NCBI GenBank assembly: GCA_030704615.1
Contig: CM060734.1
Location: 40,176,001-40,240,000 of the forward strand
From: Takakia lepidozioides
Lineage: Eukaryota > Plantae > Bryophyta
Length of the DNA: 64,000 nucleotides
Reading direction: 5' to 3'
A program made the translations under genes and the position numbers. Of this stretch, positions 36,470 through 49,185 are shown piece by piece. How positions within the stretch are numbered: position 1 is the first letter of the stretch; each line of letters starts with the position of its first letter. The notes beneath the pieces are model-generated. The model worked only from the letters and a program-made list of their open reading frames with translations, had not been told where the DNA came from and searched no databases.

Positions 36470-38696
36470 CATTGAAGCCTTATTGGAATGTCTTGCAGAA
36501 GAACAGTGGATTCCCGCGGGCTTGGATTGACGAGGTGCCACAACATCCGAAGGAGTCCTCAAGTGTTTGGGGCCGTTTTTTTTTTCTTGTCAGCCTTTTG
36601 TCCGTTGGAAAGATTTCCTACAGAGGAAGGAAATGGCTCGGGGGCACTTTTTCGCCTCTTTGGTGCAGAACATTGTGCCAGCAGTTCAGGGTCACGCTGT
36701 GTCGATGTTGGAGATGTTTTGCCATTGAACGACGGGAGGAGTGGAGGGGCAACAACAGGCAAGCACGAATATTTGCCTACCTTGCAAGTCCTGGGGACCA
36801 CCGCTTCCACCAAGCGACTGATGGTATCTTCCGACAGCTCTGTGGTCGTCCGAGTCATGTTCAATTGTCGGGGCTTCGTGCACTTCTTGGCCATGTGCCC
36901 GGGCTCCCTACAATTGAAACACACTCCATCAAAGGTTGCCTTCTGTCCGCCATAGGCCGCTCCACCTGCTTTTCCTTTCGAAGCACCGGGTGCCGCCTTG
37001 ACTTGTGATGGCCCTCCCTTCGATTTCCACGTGCCATTGTCGCCGCGTGGCCTATCCCACTTCTTTCCCGGTCGGAAGGAGTCACCTTCCCGCCGGGTCT
37101 TCTTGTGGTTCAGCTCCGTACGGCCTTGTCTTTCACCCCTAGGGACATCTGAGAAACATTTAGCCCTCTCAATTGCCTCGTTCAAAGTCTTAGGTGGCTT
37201 CTCCTCCAACTTCCGCTTGGCCCATGGGGCCAGTCCCGCCACAAAGTTGAAGACCATTTCTGGTTCTGCCATGTCCGCGACTTCGAGCAAAAGCACATTG
37301 AAAGCCTGGACATATCCCCGAATGTCGTCTGTTTGCTTCAAATTCCTCATCTTGTCCCGGGCAAGCCAGGACGCGTTGAGGGGCACAAACTGTTTCTTCA
37401 TCAATTCCTTGAACCCACTCCAGTTCAAGGTTTCCGGACTTGGACCTCGGTCGTGAAGGCGTTTCTGCCACCATTGTTGAGCATAGCCCCTCAAATAGGT
37501 GGGAGCCACTTCCACCCGATCCTCGTCACTCAACTTGGCCGCACTGCTTTAGCTCCAAGAGCCAGGTGTTGAGTGCCTTCCAATTTCGGACGCCCTCGAA
37601 GGTGCTGGGTTCCTTAGGCTTCACCTTAAACTGCCTAAGCGGAAGTGGCATTAGCCGCCTTCAACACGTCTTTCAACATCCCGCCAAACTGCGCCAACAA
37701 CCCTTCCCAAAAAGCTGCCGGCATGGGAGGCATCTGTTGGTCTGTCGGAGCTCTCAGGGATTCCTCGGGCTCCGACTCCTCGGATTCCTCCCGCTCTTGA
37801 GCGCCCTCGTTTTCAGAAACCTACGTCGCTTCCTCAAACGGCCGCTTTGGTGACACGTCGCCCCCATCGGGCTCACCAGGATCATCATCTTTTGGGCCGT
37901 TCCGCTTTCGCTTTGGCTTGCCCGACCCCATGATGAGGCCAATCCCAAGGACGATCACGTACTGAACTCTAAGCTCTGATACCAAGTGTCGCGCACCTCA
38001 CTTCGGTAAGCTCCCCTTCAAGTCATAGTTACTCGCTTTGATGCGCGCGCCTGACTCCCAACCTGGCCGCCGGGCCAACTTGGAGCTTCGGCTGCTCACC
38101 GGGACATAATGGTCCCCCTTCGCTCTCCCACTAAACCCTCCACCTATTTGGGCCTAGTGGAATTCCCTTTGGTAGATGGCAGTCCGGAACAGCTCCCCAC
38201 TCTTTGGTCGCTTTCCGGCTCGCTCGCTTACTCACTAGTTTTTGGTCACCAACGGGCTTGCACCGTTCTCGAGGTCACCACTCCCCTTATATATACTTCT
38301 GTAGCTGTCCGCGGGCACAACCAGCCATGCCATTTTATGGCGAACCACCACGAAAACCCTCGACTCCCGGTGATGAGTCGCGGTGAGTTTTGGCCCACTC
38401 ACCACGGCCCCTATGGACCGTGATGAGTCCCAAGACTCCCCACGACTCCCACCACGAGGTCTCCGCCCCCATGGTGAGTCCTATGCCACCCCCACTAAGT
38501 CTCGCTAAGCTACCACCACCCCTTGTGGAGCCACCCCCACCGCAACCCGGTGTGCGGGGCTCCACCTAGTGAGCGCCTCCGCCTCCGCACTCAAGGGTGC
38601 TTCAGCCCCCCATACCTATCGCTGCCGCTGCCCCCACCACAGGGGCAGCCCCTCACGTGTCCCGACCCCCTGCCCTCAAGGCAAAGGGCCGCGACA
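36470..38696 (-). mobile_element. Truncated Ty3/Gypsy element: 5' LTR 37987-38696, tRNA-Met PBS 37973-37984, gag with CCHC knuckle; pol missing
   Basis: LTR ends TGTCGCG...CGCGACA; PBS TGGTATCAGAGC on minus; gag YLRGYAQQWW...LKQTDDIRGYVQAF...FVAGL, CFNCREPGHMAKKC. Confidence 0.9.
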
Positions 38697-40335
38697 TTGA
38701 CGATCATTACAGAGGTCAAATGGAACAATACGACCAGTACTGGGGAAACATTCTCGCCGAGCTGGATAAGCCAATTCCGGAAGCTCCCGAGCAACACCAG
38801 CCAGCAACCCAAACAGCTGAAGTCCCAAGGCCAGTTCCAGGACACTCATTATATCACAGAAACTATGCTTCCAAACTAGAGATAATCCAAAATTCATTCA
38901 TAATTTAACAAACTCAAGGCTTTAAAATAGTCACCATGTAACGGAATGTGGGGAGGTTTAAATGCCATTCTGCACATACATAACCTAGCTTCCTGAAAAT
39001 GAGCTAAGATTCAGTACTCCATTGAGCATTGTATGAGGGCTTAAGGTAGGTATCAGTTAAGCTGCACACACACAAAAGAGGGAAGTAACACCCCAAACAA
39101 CATTATGGAAATGTGTGGCTGCTTACTCTTGTAAGTGTTCATCCTGAAGGTGTTGCGTGAAAGTACGGCATGACGGATGATGCACCTCAACACTGATACT
39201 ACTACATTCTACATCTCTCTACAGTAACTGAATCTCAGCCGCACAAAGAATGTAGTAGAATTAGAGCTTTACAAGACTCCACAAAAACTACACCTCTACA
39301 AAAATTGAATCTCCACTGCAAGCCTGGAATCACAGAATTACATCTTCTTCCACCTTCTCATCTTCTCAATAGCAGCACCTTATACAAGGAACTTATGTCT
39401 TTGTCCCATGGCACAATGGTGGGAAACACGTTATATTTCCCTGGTGGATGGAGGTAGTTATGTAGGCAATGTTGAAATCCCATTATTATATAGGGAAAGA
39501 AAACTAGTATACAAGGGATATCAGCGTCCGTCCCAGTAAAGATTAGACTCTACATGGGAAATTATCCTTTCAATATGGGAAATTATTTGAAGTAATCCTT
39601 GCATGCCTTCTCCAAAAGCATATAATTGTCAAGAACTTCAGCTTGCTCGGGGTGGGCTGTTCGGAGGAGGGGAAACCTAAGCATGTTTTGGCACACTTTC
39701 ACGGCAGTATCCAACGCCTCTACAGTTTCAAAGTGGGTTGCATTGTGAGTAGAATCAGCAGTAGAAAGCTGTAATCCATCTCCATCACTTGTTGATTGCT
39801 TGCCACAACTCCATTTGAATACCTCACCTGCAACATTTTGTATATCCCGTCCTATCCAAAAGAGATGGATGTCTTCAAGATCCTTTGTCTCCTCCATCAA
39901 GGAATTCACCTGAAGTCATGTTCAAGGAATGATGCCGCTGCTCTATCAGCTCAAATTGTGCTTTCTATTGGTCAAGAGCCTTCCACTCACGGTCAAAACG
40001 AGTGGTGCTGGTAGGCAATGCTGGAAGAGTTTGCAGTGGTAATGGTCCAAGAGGAGCAAGTGGAGGAAATGAGCTTCTGTTGCCAATCCTAGCCATGCCG
40101 TGCAGTTTTGAAAAACGTAGATAGAACAACAAAGAAGAAAGAGGATTGCGTGGAAGCTCTTCACCCAACCATAGAAGCGCACAACAAGAACAATTGATCT
40201 GTGGCTTCACCCTGAGTTTCTTATATAGTTCTAGCTAGGTTAAAAGCAATCCCTAAAGACTTGCCTTTTAGACCTACTTTTACTATATATGTTAAGTAGT
40301 CCCATCATGGATTAGCTTTAACTTTAAGACAATTT

Positions 40336-40520
40336 GTGCCTTTGCGTTGTATGAAGGTCATGAGGTAAAAGCAGATCCAAGCATGCCCGAAGGCACAAAC
40401 TGGAGGAGGAGGCAGCAGGTGCAGCGGCACTTGGAGCAGGGGGCTTTGCAGCCTATGAACACCATGAGAAGAGCCAGGCTAGGAAGGAAGAGGAGGAGAT
40501 GAGTGGGGAGAAGAAGCATG
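40336..40520 (+). pseudogene. ASR: ASR (ABA/WDS-induced, abscisic stress ripening) gene fragment, probable retrocopy
   Basis: [14 protein letters not shown]-(1-bp frameshift)[46 protein letters not shown]. Confidence 0.85.
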
Positions 40521-42719
40521 TGAAGTGTTGCACAGAAAGGAAATTACTCCCTCGCGCAGGGGATTACATACAGACTCGGTCTTGTTCTGGGACGTGATGT
40601 TCATCTTCGTTGTCAAAGAGTCAAACCACTCCCTAGAATCCAAAACCTAAGATCCGGCAAACATCACAAACACACAGAAAGCCTTGAGCCGCAACATGAA
40701 ACACCTAACCGCAACGCCACGAGCTCTCATCTCTCCAAAGACTCTTCAAGGATCTGTTCGTAGTCTTTTTAGAGGTTAACAAAACCTATATCTAGAGGAT
40801 TATGCCTTGGCAGCGGAGTGGAAGAAAGAGGGAGACAGGGCAGGAAGCGCACATGGATGAAAAAGAAGAAATGAAATGAACGATGCATGGCAATTCTCGG
40901 TGGGCGGAGAGGAGTACAAAGCGTCCATCTAATTTCTGCGACACCTTCACTCTGGATCCTTAAGTGCCCTGTTACTTTGTCCTTTATGTGAGGGGAACAC
41001 TCCGCTCAGGCTGTAAGTGGGAGAAGTACTCAGACAGAATAGCCAAGGAGCTTGCATTTCGGGAGGGCATATTTGGAAGTTGCTGGCAGAAGTCTTGTGC
41101 TCCAAAAGCGTTTACTGTTTCACGTGCATTTTCACTTCGTCATGGTGCACATGGGTATTGAGAGGAGAATACAGGATTGAAGACAATGTGGACTCTAGAG
41201 TTAGGTGTAGCAACTCTATTTTGAAGATGATTCAGGTCTAACCTTGAAACCTGGCAGCAGCAGCTGCTGGGGAGCTTAAGAGAAACCTTTTGCGAAGTGG
41301 ATCCTTGTGTTCTGGATGATGCAGCGAGAACATTCAGGTGCATTGCATGGGTGACCTGTCCCTGCTGCCCGAGTCTTTACGGAAGACGATAGTCTGCTTA
41401 GAAAAGCGCACACGGCACAATACTGGCCTTCAGTATTGCCCTGAGCACTGGTCTGTGAGCATGGGGGTAGTGTGGCCCAGTACTCATTTCGATGTGTTTG
41501 TTATATGATGCACGATTCCAGAGGTTGCTACAGATCTTACTGAGGAGTATAACTAAGTTTTCCTCTGGTAAGTTAATTTAGGTAGATTGAGGATTTTGGA
41601 AACACTTTTACCTCCCAATGCCTGAATTGGACAGCAGTCACTAATCAGTGCTTCTCTCCTCTTGCATACACATGCTTCACAATTCCTCCTTGCTCACTCC
41701 CCCAGTCTGGCTACTGAGAACTTGTAACGATGTAGAAAATATGAAAAAGAAGGCTTCTATTACTTGGCCAATACTGAAATTTGTCTACCACTCTTGAGCT
41801 GTGTATAAGAATGTCTGGTTCAGCTTCTAAGATGTGTTGGGTGTGTAATTATCTTCATCATACTATACGCACCTGAGCACAATTTTCATTGCATCTACTA
41901 AGCTCCAGTTGCAGAGGTTTGGAAAATCAAGACTTCTGCGTACACAGGTTATGCACTCAATATTGTTCAAAATCTCTGCCAATGCTACCTGGTTTCGGGA
42001 AAATCGAAGTCAAATGTACTCAGAAGCCTTCCACAGGAAGGCTTGATTTTCCCAAGGCTTGTGAGTACACAATTAATGTACTTGTAGTGTTCTAAATCTC
42101 TGCCAGTGCTACCTGGTTTGGGGTCCACTCAGTCTGTTTAGAAGCCCAGTCAGGCACTCTCCTTCGCTGATCACATTACCAGGGAATATCACAGCCAACC
42201 TGGCTAGTGTACCTTGCATAGATCTCTGGTTAGAGAGTATGATATTGAGGCCACCACAGCTACTTCACACCTTTGTGATGTATGCAGGTCTGGCGGCTTT
42301 GCCAAATGGCTGGAGGCCACAAAAAACTGGTTTGACCACCTTGTCTTTTCCAGTGGCATCCTGGGTTGACATTCATAAGAGGATGTGGCTTAAACAACGC
42401 ATCTGGATTAGTCCTGGGGTTTGCATAAAAAATAGCCTCATGGGTATCTAGAGGGGAGGGTTGAAGGACTGAGATCCCCAGCAGAGTCTCTCTCTCAATC
42501 TCAGTCTCTAGTATAATGCAGCCCTAAGTAACATGATGGAACCGAATTCTAAAACAGTTTAGGATAAGGTCTTTAATTTCAGTATGCTTGGTCTTGCTAC
42601 AAATCAGCCACAATCTTCATCAAAAACTGTGGCAGGAAAATTGTCTTTCTGTTTCAGAGTGCTGTTACAAGATATTAGGATGTGGGTGCTAGATCTCCTC
42701 TTCAGTTTGCAATGCACAC

Positions 42720-43477
<758 letters not shown>

Positions 43478-44078
43478 TTTTCGCAAGCAACAAACCTCCC
43501 ACAAATCTCACAGAGGAGGAGGCGAAGAAGAATACTATGAAGCGGGGGTTGGGGTTAGGGTTGTTAAAACATGACGACGACATCCATCCATCCACACACT
43601 TGGTCGTTAAAGAGGTCTTATTACTTTCCTTGCATAAAGGCCAAGTCCTCCAGCTAGCTGTCACTAGCCTACTGGGTGTGAAGATAGCCAAGCGAATATC
43701 TAGGCGGCCCTTTTTCCTAAAACTAAGGCTAGCCATAGCCAGTTGTATTTCCGGGATGACTGGATATACTCTAGTAACTATATGTATTGTCCATTTTATT
43801 GTAGAATTTAAATTCATGATAACTATGTTCAAAAAACTTAAATCGGTTTTTTGACTTTATCAAAATATAATCTCAGTTCAATAATGCACTGAGTGCCACC
43901 CAGGTGGTTCTGGGTTCAAATCCTGCAACCCAGTTGTGTGTGGTAGGATTGCTAGCGCGATATATTCATAGAAAGAAAAGGTGTAACCATACCGTACATA
44001 CATATAACTGGCTGCTCCCGGCAGATGCACATCCATGAATGCAACCAGGAATGGATGCATTTCATCTCACGTTATAAG

Positions 44079-44357
44079 CAGGTGTGGCGCATTCTGCCAC
44101 TTTTTAGACTAATTCTCAGGCCGAATCGGCCTGGGCTACCGACTCGGCAGGCAGAATGGGCAGGGATTGCCGATTCTGCACCGAGGGTGGCAGAACCATC
44201 ATCCAGGTCGATGTCATCAACGTTCAACCCCACCGCAGATCCCTGAATGGCTCGCCTCCTTATATCCTCTCTGGGGCTCTGAATCTGGGCAATCGATATG
44301 GGATATTTGAACCCAATCATATTGCGCCAAGTGGTGGCGAGAATACGCCACAACCTG
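44079..44357. mobile_element. MITE-like element copy 1 (CAGG...CCTG termini)
   Basis: CAGGTGTGGCGCATTCTGCCACT is inverted to AGTGGTGGCGAGAATACGCCACAACCTG; homologous to 44474-44634. Confidence 0.6.
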
Positions 44358-44473
44358 CTTTTAACGCCAGTGAAGGGGCCGTGTTGGGCCGACTCTGCCC
44401 TATGCACGGCCATAGGGCTCGCCCTGACGGGCTCGTCCAAAGGGCCGAATCGGTTTTTCTAGTACGTAAAGAT

Positions 44474-44634
44474 CAGGTGTGGAGTATTCTGCTGTTTTTT
44501 AGGACTAATTATCAGGCTGAATCGGCCACCCAGGGTGTACTACCGATTCGGCATGTTGAATCAGCTGGGATGGCCGATTAGTGTCAACCCCAATCAAATA
44601 TTGCCACGTAGTGGCAAAAATACTCCCCAACCTG
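44474..44634. mobile_element. MITE-like element copy 2 (internally deleted relative to copy 1)
   Basis: CAGGTGTGGAGTATTCTGC...GTGGCAAAAATACTCCCCAACCTG; shares ACTAATT.TCAGGC.GAATCGGC with copy 1. Confidence 0.6.
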
Positions 44635-44874
44635 AAATATCATCCAAGGATCTACGTTATCAAAGCACGAAACATTTTGTACAAACTTTACAATTGGGTA
44701 AGGATGAAGTGGTCGAAATGATTCAAATCCACTTTTCTTCGGAAGCCCTTTCTGACCTATACATATATGGCTTTCAAACTACCAAACCATGTTGTTAAAT
44801 ATCATCATTCAAGAACGTATTGATTTGCAAACTTCAGATTTTTAGTTTACTTATTAGAGTATGATAATTCACCA

Positions 44875-45980
44875 TTTTGAGGTTTCTCATTCACGTCATA
44901 TTTATTCAGTTTTACAGAAATTAATGCCAAAACAAAAGTCTTTCATTTTAGGTCTAACTCTTTTAGGTCTTTCATTTAGGTCATTCATTTACGTCGTATT
45001 TATTCGGTTTTGCAAAAGTTAATCGTCCAAAACAAAAGTCATGAGTCATTTTATGTCTTTCTTTTTTAGGTTTTTCATTTAGGTCATATTTATTCGATTT
45101 TTCAGAAATTAACGATCCAAAACAAAAGTCATTTGTTTTAGGTCTTTCATTTCCAGTTTTTCATTTAGGTCATATTTATTCGGTTTTGCACAAATTAATC
45201 GTCCAAAACAAAGGTCTTCCATTTTAGGGTCTTTTTCCATTTAGGTCATTCATTTAGGTGATATTATTTATTCGGCTTTGTAAAAATTAATTGTCCAAAA
45301 CAAAAGTCATTCATTTTAGGTCTTTCTTTTTTAGGTCTTTCATTTAGGTCATATTTATTCGGTTTTGCACAAATTAATGGTCCAAAACAAAAGTCTTCTA
45401 TTTTAGGTCATTCATTTAGGTCATTTATTTAGGTCATATTATTTATTCGGTTTTGCAGAAATTAATCGTCCAAAACAAAAGTCATTCATTTTAGGTCTTT
45501 TATTTTTATTTATTTTTAAAAAGATACCTGGGAGAGACTGCTCACAGGCCCTTGAGGAAGGGGGGAAAAATAACCCCCTTTCAGATAAGCCATTAGGCAC
45601 ACAGGTGGAAACATCACCACCAGAACATTTTTAGGTTTTTCACTTAGGTCATATTTATTTGGTTTTGCACAAATTAATGGTCCAAACAAAAGTCATCCAT
45701 TTTAGGTCATTCATTTAGGTCATATTATTTATTCGATTTTGCAGAAATTAATCATCCAGAACAAAAGTCATTCATTTTAGGTCTTTTATTTTTACTTATT
45801 TTTAAAAGGAAACCTGGGAGCGCTCACAATTCAGGCCCTTGAGGAGGGGAAAAAAATAACCCCCTTTCAGATAAGCCATTAGGCACACAGGTGGGAAACA
45901 TCACCACCAAACCACCCAGTCACGAACATTTTTAGGTTTTCCATTTAGTTCATATTTATTCGATTTTGCAGAAATTAATG
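44875..45980. repeat. AT-rich tandem array (units ~80-100 bp) with a duplicated ~110-bp non-array insert
   Basis: Repeated TTTAGGTCATATTTATTCGGTTTTGCAGAAATTAAT..TCCAAAACAAAAGTC; insert CAGGCCCTTGAGGA...TTTCAGATAAGCCATTAGGCACACAGGTGG near 45520-45625 and 45805-45910. Confidence 0.9.
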
Positions 45981-48588
45981 GCCTTCAATCATATAGTCCA
46001 TCAGGTGACTTCCATTATATTCATCCAATATATATATATATATAATTCATAGAGTTGTAATTAGGGTGGAGCCATTACGCTACTACTAGCCGCTTGTTTT
46101 ATTCTCTACAAAATACAATTAAATATGGCACCGCCCACTGAAGCAGCGCCGTGTGTGGCTACAACCCCGCCACGTCCCTCTTTGCGCACCACGCCCGCAC
46201 CCCTGGTCCAACCAGTTCCACCAATCAGCGCGGCGCAAGCCTCCACACCCCAGGATTCCATTCCGCCCCCACCACAGTGGGCCACACGCAGTGTAACTAA
46301 CTTATGCGAGTTTAAGTAGCGTGATAGTAACTACCCAGCTACGGTGGTAAGGATTTCGGTTACTACAGTAGGTGCTAGCTTCAGTTTATTAGCTTGCTTT
46401 CTCCATACGTCCTACTCACAGGTGCTTCCAATATTGCTTTTGGTTTTAGGTCTAAGCTTTTGCTTTAATCTTGGTCTAAATAATGGTTAAAATTTCCACA
46501 CCCTAACTTATAAAGCTACATTTTTTAAGGAAAAAGTTACATAATTTTCTTAAGAAGAAAAAAAAACTACATAGGATGCATCCCGTAGGTTTAAAAAATG
46601 GGACTAGATATGTATAAGTGGGATTTGATGCCTTGAAGCTACGAGAGACACTACTGCTATGTACGTATATTTACACCTTCATTAGATCTAATAATACATA
46701 TTTTTAATAAATAGATAAATAATAATACAATACGGTTATTTTTATTTTTTAACTGTTTTTAAAAAAGTTTTTCTTCTTTAAATTGAAATGTTGGTCTATA
46801 TATAAATGTATACATATTTACCAGGGAAAATTTTAAACTATATCTATCAGCGAAATGATGCAATTAACTAATTATTCTTCCCTTAAGGTGGTCAGGTGCA
46901 GCTTGATTTCATCCATGACGACGTCCATCCATAAAGTTAAGGATAAAGAGCGCCGCCGGATCGCAGCCGGCGCCGTGGCCCGCACGAGGGCCTACCACCG
47001 TACAAGTTTTCAGGCAAAAGATTCCGGGCGGCCGACATTTGGGAATGGGGTTCGGCAGGTTAGGGTTGGGTACGAGTGCGGTCGGCACATTCACCGAATA
47101 TCCCCGTCGGGTTGCTTGCGGCGGGTCCAGCAGGCGCGGACCGGTGAGGTGGCGGGCGGGGGAGTCAAAGCTACCGGGTTCACAGACGAAGGGCGCGTCA
47201 CACCCACGTGCTCACTCATACAGTTTGAAACCCGGCGATGAGGCGGGTAAATGTGAAAAGCGTGGGGGGCCAGAGGTCGAACGGCTTCCCGGGCGAAACA
47301 ATGGCGGGCGATGAAGGTAGGGGTTAAGTAGGCTTTGTGGTGCAGAAGCAATCGGTCTCCCAAAGCAAGACTCTTCTGCCTCGCGATCTCCTCTCGATCT
47401 CGGTAGCATCATCGGAAGGATTTGGTTGCAAATTGAGAAGGAGGTGCAGCGGAATTGTGGAGAGGAGAATTGTTGTGGACGAGAAGGAGGGAAGCATGTC
47501 GGGAATGGCAAGTTGCGGAAGCGTAGCTGCGGGCAGAGAAGCGATGGGAGGGGAGATTGCCTCCCGAACAGGGAGGGACGTGGTCCTGGCAGATGAGAAA
47601 GAATGGGGTGTTTTCCTCTGACACTTAGTTAGTGCCCGCTGTGCTCGGAGTTCCCATCACCCGCAGGTAACCTTTCTTCACTAGAATGAGATGGAGGATT
47701 GGTGCCTTTGACGCCGTTGTTGGTGTACAGTCATGGAAGTGAACCTCGTCTGGGTCTGCGTACCAACATTGCTTTGCTCATCGATTGGTTGTTGGTTATC
47801 ATTTTGGTTATGCTTTTCTTTGGATTCTTAGCGCCATCTTTTGTTTTGTTTTGGAGTGTATTTTTTTTGCATGGAAAAGTTCAGAGGAATTTGTCAGTCT
47901 TCGTTTGCAGCTTGCGAGAGTTTGCAAATGAAGCTTATTGCCGTGATTGAATTGTCCGTCGAGGATAAAGACCCCATTGCATCATTACCTTGATCTCGGG
48001 ATACCAGACCGCTGAAAGCCTTTGAGTTCTCCCCGCCTGGCAGCATAGCCTCAACCCTGCTAAGCGGAGGATTATCATTTAGCGAGTAACTAGTCTCTAG
48101 AAAATATCTCCTACTTTCGGCGGACATTGACAATCAGTCTCCCTGAGATTATTAGTGTATTCATGTAAACTGGGCCTGGCTGTAGTGAGCCTTCCGCTAC
48201 TTCGTTTGCGTGTATGTTTTGTTTTTGGTACAATTGACGTTAAATGCTGTGATTCATGTTAGCGGAGAAGTTTCGAAGTCTTATGAATCAGGTACAGCCA
48301 GCAGTTTTGGGAGGGATATGTGTTGGTTATTCCCTACCCCAAGGTGTTTAGCAGAATGAGGCCTAATTGTCTCGCCTGAGAATCTTCTTGTCTCCGTAAA
48401 GCAGCACCGAATTGGGTCTCGTGTGTGCACGTACACTACATGTGCCATATCAGTGCTATATCAGTCTTCCAGAACATGTATAGTACAGAAACCATCACTT
48501 GCAATGTTGTTCACAGTCAGCCACCCCTTTTCATGTCCATTCTAAACTTCTCTGCACATGTGTCATTGCAGGCTACTGGAGTCACCAA

Positions 48589-49185
48589 ATGAACAAACCA
48601 ATGAAGTTTAGCTTACGGCATCTCTCCAAATTCCTCTCTTGGCACAAACAGCCAAGAGCCTCCCCTGGGATAATGGTAGGGTGGCAGGAACTGCAGTCAT
48701 CAATGAAGGAGTTGGCAGCGGCAACAGAGCTCACTGGGTTCGAGGGAGAGAGTAACCTCTCTTACATTAGCCTGCGGGACCTTATGCCCACAGGCAGACC
48801 CTCCAAGCGGAAAAGGGAAAGCCTGACAGGCCACAGAGCACAGGAGGAGGAAGAAGACCTGAACTGGTCAGGTGGCAGGCGGCTTCCAATTAAGAAACGG
48901 CTTGTGGAGCAAGCTGCTCGTGCCTATCTGCTTCCTTCAGGGGTTCAAAGACCTGCCCCTAATCAGTTCTTTGCCCGTTGTTGGTCGCAGCTTACTGTTG
49001 GCCGCAACCCTTCTGCAGGTCTGATCTGTGATGACCTGCATGCACCTGCGAGGGGATGCATAAGAGGTTGTGTTAATGGTTGCTTGAGCTGCCTTCCCAG
49101 TTTGCTATGGTTGGATTTGACCCATGCCTTTGGGTGCCTGTTCAGCCACCTACAGCCCCAGTCCATGAGCCTTTTGCGAGCTTAG
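48589..49185 (+). CDS. Uncharacterised plant-specific protein with Y(T/I)SL(K/R)DL and IKxRLVxQAAxAYL motifs
   Basis: SYISLRDLMP and IKKRLVEQAARAYLLP match a motif pair I recognise from a conserved small plant family; acceptor TGCAG at 48571 just upstream. Confidence 0.65.
   Translation: MNKPMKFSLRHLSKFLSWHKQPRASPGIMVGWQELQSSMKELAAATELTGFEGESNLSYISLRDLMPTGRPSKRKRESLTGHRAQEEEEDLNWSGGRRLPIKKRLVEQAARAYLLPSGVQRPAPNQFFARCWSQLTVGRNPSAGLICDDLHAPARGCIRGCVNGCLSCLPSLLWLDLTHAFGCLFSHLQPQSMSLLRA

Noticed and set aside
39330-40730. Decayed minus-strand gene, possibly a type II membrane glycosyltransferase-like protein
   Set aside because: Coding-like fragments with many stops and a hydrophobic N-terminus, but no motif I can name with confidence.
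41963-42122. ~30-bp direct repeat AAATCTCTGCCA.TGCTACCTGGTTT about 125 bp apart
   Set aside because: Real, but the intervening sequence matches nothing else here; probably a small local duplication.
44875-45980. CRISPR array or true telomeric tract
   Set aside because: Units are degenerate tandem copies without unique spacers, no cas genes, eukaryotic context; the motif is TTTAGGT and not in perfect tandem.
46850-47330. GC-rich ORFs or MITE
   Set aside because: No domain and no clear TIR or TSD; probably promoter or repeat-derived GC-rich sequence.
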